Source: Cylindrospermopsis raciborskii Cr2010
GTDB lineage: Bacteria > Cyanobacteriota > Cyanobacteriia > Cyanobacteriales > Nostocaceae
NCBI RefSeq assembly: GCF_003367075.2
Contig: NZ_CP065936.1
Span: 60,001-92,000 of the forward strand
Length of the DNA: 32,000 nucleotides
Reading direction: 5' to 3'
Below, piece by piece: positions 17,661 to 25,760 of the stretch. Under the pieces are notes generated by a model, which was given only the letters and a program-made list of their open reading frames with translations, had not been told where the DNA came from and did not search any database. The first letter of the stretch is position 1, and every line of letters starts with the position of its first letter. Both the position numbers and the translations under genes were made by a program.

Positions 17661-19562
17661 CTAATTATTTGGGGATTGGGTAGGAACAGGTTGTGGGTTT
17701 TGAGGTGCTACAAGGACAACCGCATGGGGAACTGGACGAGGAGTATAAGCTACTAAGGATTTGCCTCGATATGAAAGAGAAGTGCTAGCACCCGAATCAA
17801 GCATCACCGCATCCCGAAATCCTAACTGATAGAGAATCTCCCCCAAAGATACAGAACCTACAGGAGTTTTTGTCACCCCAATTACTGGCATTCCTGCTAA
17901 ATTGATCCCCCAAAAGGCTCGATGACGAGCAGCATCATAGTCATATAAGTTACCAAAATCAGCAGCAGGTCGAGGTGTATTATTTCTTACTAACCATGCT
18001 GCACCCACGAAGGCATCCGTTACGCCCTTATTTTCCGGTGAAGTTGCTTGAATTCCCTCGAGGGTATTGTGGGTTTCCGGAACAAAAGGTATAAAACTAA
18101 CCGAATGGGGGTTAATTAGGACTAGGGGACGGTCTCGCAATTTCAAGTTTTCACTGGCATTACCAGGAATAAAACCACGATTGCCACTCAAAACTGGTCC
18201 AATCATCGTATTAGAGTCTAGGTATTTTAAGGAAAAGAAACCTCCATCAACCGCAGCAACTACTTGTGTATCTTTTAGCATATCTGGTAATTGATAGCGG
18301 CTGTCGGCATGAAATGTACCTGGAATACCTCCGCCAATAAGAATTAGTTCTGTGTTATTTACCTTGTATTCTCGTTTTTCAATGTCAACATTAAAGTTGA
18401 AATTTGTAGGATCTACCGGTGCTGGATATCCACCCCAAGCTAGGGGAGCGATTTCTCCAAGACGGGACTGTCCAAACCTACCTAGGGTAAATAAATCGGG
18501 GGAATCACCAACAAATTTTTCATCTACATCATCCATGGAAAAAGCCATCTGATAACCAGCAGCAATTACCCGCGCCCTAACTCTTTCATCTAATTTCCCC
18601 TCAGGATAGGTAAAATAGTTGATCGGAATACCTAAACGCTCCTGTAAAATCCGTTTTGAATCTATCACTTCCGATGAAAGTTCCTCCTCGGAAAGTTGTC
18701 GTAAATCCCGAGGATGGTTGACAGAATGGGAAGCAATGGTTACCAAGGGACTGGCTGCCATTTCCCTTAACTGTTCCCATGTTAGACTAGATCTTGCCGT
18801 CTTACCCTCCATTTTTTTAACATAGACGGAAAAAATAGCTGGGAAACTGTATTTTTTTAAAAGAGGATAAACATATTCGTAATGTCCCCCATAACCATCA
18901 TCAAAGGATAGCAATACGGGTTTGGCGGGGAGAGGTGCACCAGTTCGCAAATGGGCTAACAACCAATCTGGGCTAACGGGAGTAACCCCCTCTTTTTGTA
19001 GCTGTTGAAAGTGAGCTTCTAATTCTTCCGGTGTAACATCAAAAAACACTTGTTTTTGTGGTAAGATGTCATGATACATGAAGATAGGAACTCTAGCCAG
19101 TCGTGCTTGACGGTTCAATTCAGGGAAAGGGGTAACTGACTGTAGTTTAGGTGGAGGTGTGTTTTGCTCTTGGGTATTGGCATTCCCAGTGATAATGTGG
19201 TTGAGAGATTGAAGCCACCCAGGTGACTTTTTCTCTGGGACGGTTGCTTCTGGTTTTTGGAATGATGTTTCTAATATCCTTTCTCCAGGAACCCAGTTGG
19301 GACAGTGAGGGGTTAATAGAGCCTGTGTATTTTCAGATGGGGATGGTGGTGATTCACAATACTTTTGCAAGCTGAGGAAGCCTTGACTTAAAAGAGCTTC
19401 AGGAGATTGGGTAGTAGAAACTACAGGTGTAGGTGTGGATTTAGCCTCTTGGAATGACCTTGATCTCTGATACCAAGAAAATGAAAGGGCAGCAATTACC
19501 ACAGGTAGGGCTGTGATTAGGAAAAGCGTTGGGTGGGGGAGCTTAGGCAACCGAGAAGTCAT
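17661..19562 (-). CDS. Polysaccharide deacetylase (NodB) domain fused to a phosphodiester-glycosidase-like C-terminal domain
   Basis: N-terminal TM; ...VPIFMYHDI... and ...LLSFDDGYGGHYEYVYPLLKKY... NodB motifs; C-terminal ...AAVDGGFF... and ...AVMLDSGASTSL... resemble the NAGPA/DUF2233 family. Confidence 0.75.
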   Translation of the reverse strand: MTSRLPKLPHPTLFLITALPVVIAALSFSWYQRSRSFQEAKSTPTPVVSTTQSPEALLSQGFLSLQKYCESPPSPSENTQALLTPHCPNWVPGERILETSFQKPEATVPEKKSPGWLQSLNHIITGNANTQEQNTPPPKLQSVTPFPELNRQARLARVPIFMYHDILPQKQVFFDVTPEELEAHFQQLQKEGVTPVSPDWLLAHLRTGAPLPAKPVLLSFDDGYGGHYEYVYPLLKKYSFPAIFSVYVKKMEGKTARSSLTWEQLREMAASPLVTIASHSVNHPRDLRQLSEEELSSEVIDSKRILQERLGIPINYFTYPEGKLDERVRARVIAAGYQMAFSMDDVDEKFVGDSPDLFTLGRFGQSRLGEIAPLAWGGYPAPVDPTNFNFNVDIEKREYKVNNTELILIGGGIPGTFHADSRYQLPDMLKDTQVVAAVDGGFFSLKYLDSNTMIGPVLSGNRGFIPGNASENLKLRDRPLVLINPHSVSFIPFVPETHNTLEGIQATSPENKGVTDAFVGAAWLVRNNTPRPAADFGNLYDYDAARHRAFWGINLAGMPVIGVTKTPVGSVSLGEILYQLGFRDAVMLDSGASTSLSYRGKSLVAYTPRPVPHAVVLVAPQNPQPVPTQSPNN

Positions 19563-19715
19563 AGGTAATCAATTTTTGAGACTCAGATATATCATATATA
19601 TATCCCTGGCTTAGTGGCTATAGATCCGGTTACCATTGGGTTAGATAGACTCATTGCTTTTTTTGAGTACTACATGACGATTGCGAAGCACTCCCTATGG
19701 GATCTCGCGAAGTAA

Positions 19716-20138
19716 TCGCCCTTTTCAGGTGGAGGGGAACTGTCTTTTTCCTCCTTCCCATTTTTAGACGCAAATTCTATCACAAGAAAATCGCCGAAAG
19801 GCACGGAAGCCACTTGGCTTTTCACATGGATTGTGAAAATCAAAGAGAATCTGGAAATACTATTTAAGTCTAATCCAGATGTGTTTGTGGCTGGGGACTT
19901 ATTTTGGTATCCAGTAGAGGGTAATAACAAAATTAAACTGGCTCCTGACACTATGGTGGTGTTTGGGAGACCCAAGGGGCACCGGGGGTCTTATCGACAG
20001 TGGGAGGAGGATAATATTCCTCCCCAGGTGGTGTTTGAAATTTTATCTCCCGGTAATACTCAAGATGAAATGGACAAAAAAAAGCTTTTCTATATCTTGC
20101 CCTATACAATAGTCTCCGCTGGGATGGATTTCTTCTAG
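19716..20138 (+). pseudogene. Remnant of a Uma2-family (DUF820) endonuclease gene: no proper start, degenerate N-terminus, truncated C-terminus
   Basis: Core ...WIVKIKENLEILFKSNPDVFVAGDLFWYPVEGNNKIKLAPDTMVVFGRPKGHRGSYRQWEEDNIPPQVVFEILSPGNTQDEMDKKKLFY matches the Uma2 family. The frame is open back to 19716 with no ATG, and similarity stops near 20096 where the YGVEEY...DP C-terminal part is expected. Confidence 0.65.
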
Positions 20139-20182
20139 CAAGGGTTCAATATCTTTCAGTGCTGGTTAGGGGCTAATTATCT

Positions 20183-20244
20183 GCACGTTATCGGCATAAT
20201 AGTAATACCATTAGATGCAGATAACGTGCCGATATTATGCCGAT
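20183..20244 (+). promoter_or_regulatory. Two interleaved inverted repeats in the fic leader, the second covering the start codon
   Basis: gcacgttatc (20183-20192) / gataacgtgc (20220-20229); atcggcataat (20190-20200) / attatgccgat (20234-20244, includes ATG 20237-20239). Confidence 0.5.
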
Positions 20245-21328
20245 GAATTTCTCACCTAACTACACGATTACCCCGAAGATAGCAAAATTCCTGATGCGTA
20301 TTGAGACTGTGAGGGAAAGAGTTTGTTATCTACCTATAACAGCAATGGTGCTGGCTTCCCTGCGCGAGACAGCGCGGCTATACACGACTCACTACTCAAC
20401 AATGATCGAGGGAAACCGCCTCGCACCAGATGAGATTGAGAATGTTGTCAAGTATGAAGGACATTTTCCTGGTAGGCACAGAGATGAGCGAGAAGTGAAA
20501 GGTTACTACGCCGCCCTGGCAAAGCTTGAACAATGGGTAGCAGCAGGTGTGCAGGTAAGTGAAAAGATTATTCAGACCTTACATGCTGTTGTGATGTCTG
20601 ACGGAAGAACTACAGCCCAACCTTCCGCCTATAGGGATGGGCAAAATGTGATTTGGGATGCATCTAACGGTACAATTGTCTATATGCCTCCTGAAGCAAA
20701 AGACGTACCATTTTTGATGAAAGCAATGGTGAAGTGGATTCATCAGTCTCAGGAAGTTCCTTGTCCCGTAGTAGCTGGCATTGCCCACTACCAGTTTGCC
20801 ACGATTCATCCCTACTACGATGGTAATGGTAGAACAGCGCGGCTACTAACAACCTTAATTCTGCATCTAGGAGGATATGACCTAAAGGGTCTGTACTCAT
20901 TGGAGGAATACTACGCTCGAAACCTAACTGCTTATTATGAAGCCATCAGTGTGGGAGAGTCTCACAATTATTACTTAGGAAGAGTGGAAGCTGACATCAC
21001 TAAGTGGGTCGAGTATTTTGTGGAGGGTATGGCTATCGCCTTTGAAAATGTTTTGAAACGCATGGCTGAAGCTGAATTGCAAGGTTCAGTAGATCAAGAT
21101 CCCATACTTAGGCAACTAGATCCCAGACAGAGGAAGGCTTTGTCTTTGTTTCAGCAGTTTGAGGTAGTTACCAGTAAGCAGATCGGCGAGTTGTTTGGTT
21201 TTAAACCACGCACCAGCGCTCAAATTTGTAAAGACTGGGTTGAAAGTGGGTTTCTGGAAATGGTTGACCCTTCAAACAGAGGTAGAAAGTATAAACTTTC
21301 TACCCAATATAAAGATTTGCTCAATTAA
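20237..21328 (+). CDS. Fic-family protein (AMPylase-type), class II with N-terminal inhibitory helix and C-terminal winged-helix-like region
   Basis: Fic motif HPYYDGNGRTAR (20807-20842; Tyr at the usual Phe position); inhibitory motif S-TMI-E-G ([ST]xxxE[GN], Glu58 at 20408-20410). 56 G+C in the 100-nt sample 20341-20440. Confidence 0.9.
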   Translation: MPMNFSPNYTITPKIAKFLMRIETVRERVCYLPITAMVLASLRETARLYTTHYSTMIEGNRLAPDEIENVVKYEGHFPGRHRDEREVKGYYAALAKLEQWVAAGVQVSEKIIQTLHAVVMSDGRTTAQPSAYRDGQNVIWDASNGTIVYMPPEAKDVPFLMKAMVKWIHQSQEVPCPVVAGIAHYQFATIHPYYDGNGRTARLLTTLILHLGGYDLKGLYSLEEYYARNLTAYYEAISVGESHNYYLGRVEADITKWVEYFVEGMAIAFENVLKRMAEAELQGSVDQDPILRQLDPRQRKALSLFQQFEVVTSKQIGELFGFKPRTSAQICKDWVESGFLEMVDPSNRGRKYKLSTQYKDLLN

Positions 21329-21434
21329 ACTTGAAAAAAATCAAGAGTAAGTGGGTGGGCGGAATTAAATATAAATGGATATTCCGGGAGATTTGTCAAT
21401 ATCTGTGTAGAAATTTCGTTTCAGCCCAACCTGT

Positions 21435-21881
21435 TCAAGATCCCTTAGGCCAATTTCCTAGCCATTCCCCACCGCGAAATCGCCAACGGGGAAACAGCAA
21501 TCGCATGACTATCCATGCTGATAAATAAATCCCTAACCACACTAGTCCATAATGTTGAATAAATGTTACTAGCTGAAATTCTGCTCTAGGAATTTTTGGT
21601 AATCCTATAGTCCCTAGAATTAGACCCAGAAACACTCCCTCCACAATTCCTGCATAGAATTGAAATACACCTGGCCAATCATGATCCCATAAGTATTTCT
21701 GCAGGAAATCATATAGTAGGTCCCAAGCTAACCCAAATAATCCCACATAAAACACAACCCAAAAGTAAATGGCAGACCCATGTCCTAAAAATCCCCAAGC
21801 AAAAGGTAAAGAAACTAAATTACCCACCGTCAATAACAACAAAACCCGCGTTTGCCAACGCCCTAATAATGTTGGAGTCAT
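21435..21881 (-). CDS. Hypothetical four-TM membrane protein
   Basis: 148-aa hydrophobic ORF; no recognisable motif. Confidence 0.5.
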   Translation of the reverse strand: MTPTLLGRWQTRVLLLLTVGNLVSLPFAWGFLGHGSAIYFWVVFYVGLFGLAWDLLYDFLQKYLWDHDWPGVFQFYAGIVEGVFLGLILGTIGLPKIPRAEFQLVTFIQHYGLVWLGIYLSAWIVMRLLFPRWRFRGGEWLGNWPKGS

Positions 21882-21936
21882 AACACCTAATTGCTAATTA
21901 AAGTTGATTACAGCTGATTAAAATTCCTAGTCCCAA

Positions 21937-24003
21937 TTAAGGTTGTAAATTTAAGGCCCATTTGAACCATTGCCAAACAGAATAAATACCCTGAATGTAT
22001 CTTACACCTGGTGCTTTAATTGCTGCTAGAGCTTCCACTGATCTATGGGCGGCGTATTGCAGTCCTAAAAATGTATCCACCGGTGCATAGGGACCCCCCA
22101 GAGTAATAATCCCAGCTGCATACACACGAGATTGAGAATCTCTAGGGTGACGCAATTGCCTAATTTCAAAGTTATTTTTTACATAAAATCTTCTATCCGG
22201 ATTTAAATCCAAATCATAGTGATTAATTAAATCCTTCAAAAATGGACTTTGGAGCGGGTCGGAAATTAACCCGGTACAATCAATGACAAAATTAGCCTTT
22301 ATTTCCTTGTATCCCTCATTAGTTACCAAAGAAGCAACTATTCTACCTTCCGAACCGCGCTGTATTTTATCCGCCAAACCATAATAGAGTTTATACCATC
22401 CCTGTTGTTTACCCTCCTGCACAATTTTACGCCATTGTTTGCGACTTGCAGTGGTTGTGCCACCCCAAAGATCTAATAATTCCCTACGCTTAAACGGTTC
22501 CGATGCTTCCAATAGTTTTCGCATATCCCCGCCCCAGGTGGCTTTAGGCCAATTATATGGTTGAAATTCCCAATCATTTTCTACATATCTTTGGGATCTC
22601 TCAAACTTATTCCCACTACGCGGATTACGATTCAAATGAATGACATCAATATTTTTATTTCTTTTACGAGCTTGGTATATTCTATCCAACACCTGTGATG
22701 CTACAATTCCTGAACCTCTTAAAATTAGAGTTCCACCATGTTTCTCCAAATGAGTATAAATGTGGTCGTGTTCCTCATAACCCTGGACAACTGTTCGACT
22801 ATTTCCCGTCTCTTGAGGATATTCCTGACGGTATTTTTCTAAATCTGGTAATAGTTTCAGTCCAGGATAACCAGTGCAAATGTGAACATATCTAGCTAAC
22901 AAAAACTGGTAATGCCTACGATTTTGTGGATCGCTACAGTATGCAATACAATATCTCCCATCCTCTGTTTGACGTAAACTGAGAATAGCTCCAGGTTCTA
23001 ACATTTTCTGCCAATTTATGCGTTCCGCCTCCCGATCCATAGAGTCAAATACATCTCCAGCTATAGGAGTATAAGTATCAGCATAAACAGGTTCTGCAAA
23101 CACCTGCCATAAAAATCCTATAGCAGCACCTATTTGTCCAGAAAACAAAGCCTTTTTAGCATCTCTTAATCCATATCCTGGCCATCCCCAAATATTATCA
23201 GGACAAGAATCAGAACCGGAGCGAATGCGTTTATCTTCAGAGATTTGGCAGTTTTTAAGCAGGGTTTTATATCGTTGATAGGGTTTTTCTTGATTGCTAA
23301 GGATTTTAATATTTTCTGTTTTAACCCCTGCAATTCTCAACATATCCACCCAGACAAAACTGCCCATTCCTCCCCCACAGGCGAGATATTCCGTTTCTCG
23401 CACCAGGAACCCACTACTCTCAATTTCTCTTAGGGAAATCTGTGGTCTGTGCCAAAAGCTTAAATTATAAGGGAATTCAGAACGGGAAATAGATGGGGAA
23501 GAACTTACTTGCTGTTCTAGAATGCCCGTATGAGGATTAAAAGAGATAGATGAGGCAACATTTGGTATAGGTTCCAGTCGTGATGCTGGTAATACTTGAC
23601 TTTGAGGGTCAAAATTAAAAACCGTTGCAGCATCACCCACAATAACTGTTCCCTCATCCTGACCACCACCTTCAAGAATCACCACAGTTATCGTGTAACC
23701 ACCAATGACTATGGTATCACCAGTGTTTAAAACCTGACCTTGTTTTACCAGTAATTTGCCATTAACCTTAGTACCATTACTACTTTGGTCTTCTAAATAA
23801 ACCCGATTATTATTCAATCTGATTTGAGCGTGAAATCGAGAGATTTGGCGGTTATTATCTAATAGCACTATTGGACTAACCGGTTCATTGTTCAAATTGG
23901 GAGGTAAAGCAGATAAATCTCTACCAATAGCGATCGGCAAGTTAAAAACCTGCTCTACCTGTTCTTGAGTAATTTTATTTTCAGAAACCAGTTTTATTTG
24001 CAT
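21937..24003 (-). CDS. FHA-domain protein fused to a two-dinucleotide-binding-domain flavoprotein-like region
   Basis: FHA signature at aa ~22-108 (IGR..., ISRFHAQI, SSNGTKVNG, 23680-23940); glycine-rich motifs GGGMGS (aa 210-215, 23359-23376) and GSGIVA (aa 430-435, 22699-22716). Confidence 0.75.
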   Translation of the reverse strand: MQIKLVSENKITQEQVEQVFNLPIAIGRDLSALPPNLNNEPVSPIVLLDNNRQISRFHAQIRLNNNRVYLEDQSSNGTKVNGKLLVKQGQVLNTGDTIVIGGYTITVVILEGGGQDEGTVIVGDAATVFNFDPQSQVLPASRLEPIPNVASSISFNPHTGILEQQVSSSPSISRSEFPYNLSFWHRPQISLREIESSGFLVRETEYLACGGGMGSFVWVDMLRIAGVKTENIKILSNQEKPYQRYKTLLKNCQISEDKRIRSGSDSCPDNIWGWPGYGLRDAKKALFSGQIGAAIGFLWQVFAEPVYADTYTPIAGDVFDSMDREAERINWQKMLEPGAILSLRQTEDGRYCIAYCSDPQNRRHYQFLLARYVHICTGYPGLKLLPDLEKYRQEYPQETGNSRTVVQGYEEHDHIYTHLEKHGGTLILRGSGIVASQVLDRIYQARKRNKNIDVIHLNRNPRSGNKFERSQRYVENDWEFQPYNWPKATWGGDMRKLLEASEPFKRRELLDLWGGTTTASRKQWRKIVQEGKQQGWYKLYYGLADKIQRGSEGRIVASLVTNEGYKEIKANFVIDCTGLISDPLQSPFLKDLINHYDLDLNPDRRFYVKNNFEIRQLRHPRDSQSRVYAAGIITLGGPYAPVDTFLGLQYAAHRSVEALAAIKAPGVRYIQGIYSVWQWFKWALNLQP

Positions 24004-24138
24004 AGGTTTAATGATTTGTACTTGTTTTCCCTGATATGACCATAAACGAAAACTAGTTTACCATACCAGTATCCGCAATAAAATTGCAGCCACTCCCTAT
24101 CATCATCCAAAGTGACTTTGTTGGGGTGGGATTACTTC

Positions 24139-24146
24139 GCGATCGC
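24139..24146. repeat. HIP1 (GCGATCGC)
   Basis: Exact octamer, intergenic between the FHA gene and the thioredoxin-like gene. Confidence 0.9.
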
Positions 24147-24169
24147 ATTTTTACTCTAATTTAGCCAAC

Positions 24170-24736
24170 ATGGTAAAATATGAGGAGAATAAAATCCAGA
24201 AAGGAAATTTAACCATGTTTCAGAAATCAACCTCATTTTGGCCTGGCCTATACTTACTCAGCCTTGCTATTCCTGTTACTCTGACTATTCCCAGTACCCT
24301 AAATGTTTCTGCTTCTACTGGTATGTTAACTTCACAGAGCCAGACTAGTTCCTATACGGCTAATGCCTATATCGCAGGAAATGTTGGCGGAGCCTTAGCC
24401 AAGGAATTACAAGGTAAACCAGTGGTAGTTGACATTTATGCCAGTTGGTGCCCTAAGTGTAAAAACATTGCCCCTACCCTCTCTCAATTAAAAAAACAAT
24501 ATCAAGGAAAAGCACATTTTATTGTCCTTGATGTAACCAATAAAACCAAGGTGAGTGAATCAGAAGTTAAAGCCAAAAAATTAGGTTTGGGTGAATTCTT
24601 AGCCAAAAATAAATCACAAACAGGTAGTGTTACTATTATTTCCCCTGGCAATGGTAAGATTCTAGCTGAGTATCGCAATAACACCAATTTAAGTGATTAC
24701 ACCTCCGTATTAAACTCTGCAATTTCCCAGAGATAA
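24170..24736 (+). CDS. Membrane-anchored thioredoxin-like protein (TlpA/TxlA/HCF164-like)
   Basis: N-terminal hydrophobic anchor then thioredoxin fold with WCPKC active site; alternative ATG at 24215 (MFQKSTSFW...) has an AAGGA upstream. Confidence 0.8.
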   Translation: MVKYEENKIQKGNLTMFQKSTSFWPGLYLLSLAIPVTLTIPSTLNVSASTGMLTSQSQTSSYTANAYIAGNVGGALAKELQGKPVVVDIYASWCPKCKNIAPTLSQLKKQYQGKAHFIVLDVTNKTKVSESEVKAKKLGLGEFLAKNKSQTGSVTIISPGNGKILAEYRNNTNLSDYTSVLNSAISQR

Positions 24737-24792
24737 GGGTAAGGATTAGGGATTTGACGGATAAAGCAACTAAACAATTTGAGGACATTATT

Positions 24793-25644
24793 ATGAGCGA
24801 AATAGAAAAAGTACCAAGGGGGAAAAAGCCTATATATATCCTTAAAAAATCCCGGAAGATGCTGTTATATATAGCATTAGGACTAGTAGCTTTAATTCTT
24901 GTTATTACCCTAGGTTCAGTCATTAGTGAACCCTTAGAAAGAATAATTTCCGTTGCAGAGAACCTTTATCAAAAGTGGTTTGAAAAACAGAACACAGCCA
25001 ACCCCTTTGTTTTACTACCTCTGGCATTTATTGGTGGATTATTAGCCAGCATTTCTCCCTGTATTCTTGCCCTACTTCCGGTTAATCTAAGTTATATTGG
25101 TACCCTAAAAATAAAATCCCGTTGGGATGCTTTTAGTCAGGCCGGTTTATTTGTGCTAGGTAGTGTTACCATTTTAAGTCTATTTGGTTTGGTTTCATCC
25201 TTTGCTGGAATGGTAATCATAGAATACCGAGGTTATATCAACATAGTAGTTGGCTTAATTATGGCAGTGATGGGACTATGGTTAATAGGAGTAATTAAAA
25301 TTTACCTCCCCCAGATAGACTTAAAACTTCCTAATACAGGTCCATACAGTGTAGGTCTAACCTTTGCTCTGGTTAGTTCTCCCTGTGCTAGTCCGGTGTT
25401 ATTTGCAGTGTTAGCAGCAGCTGCTGCTACTGGTTCTCAAGTTTTAGGTACACTTACCATGGTCAGCTATGCTTTAGGATATACAATTTTGATTTTTCTA
25501 GCCAGTCTATTTACAGGGTTAGTTAAACAAAGTAGGAACTTGTTACAACACTCAGAAACTATTATTCAACTAGGCAGTGTAGCTTTAATGCTTACAGGCA
25601 TTTATTATTTGTACACAGGTACAGTATGGTTTTTTGGTGGTTAA
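24793..25644 (+). CDS. ccdA: Cytochrome c biogenesis / thiol-disulfide transporter CcdA (DsbD transmembrane-domain family)
   Basis: Polytopic membrane protein with the two conserved Cys-containing helices (...LASISPCILALLPV... and ...ALVSSPCASPVLFAV...). ATG at 24793 preceded by GAGGA; the ORF track extends to TTG at 24754. Confidence 0.85.
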   Translation: MSEIEKVPRGKKPIYILKKSRKMLLYIALGLVALILVITLGSVISEPLERIISVAENLYQKWFEKQNTANPFVLLPLAFIGGLLASISPCILALLPVNLSYIGTLKIKSRWDAFSQAGLFVLGSVTILSLFGLVSSFAGMVIIEYRGYINIVVGLIMAVMGLWLIGVIKIYLPQIDLKLPNTGPYSVGLTFALVSSPCASPVLFAVLAAAAATGSQVLGTLTMVSYALGYTILIFLASLFTGLVKQSRNLLQHSETIIQLGSVALMLTGIYYLYTGTVWFFGG

Positions 25645-25760
25645 AGTTCAGAGCAATCAATAAAGTTTTGCCAAAAACTTGGAACATTTTTTCCGTGTCT
25701 CTTCGTCTTGATTCCTTGATTAGTATCAACAAAGACCACCTATAATTCGCGGAAAAAAAA

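Noticed and set aside
19670-19975. 101-aa minus-strand ORF upstream of fic
   Set aside because: It is antisense to the readable Uma2-family remnant, and its translation has no family resemblance. It is best explained as a shadow of the pseudogene.
21331-21528. 65-aa + strand ORF just after fic (TTG start)
   Set aside because: It overlaps the 3' end of the convergent membrane-protein gene (21435-21881). It is basic and low-complexity with no motif, so probably non-coding junction sequence.
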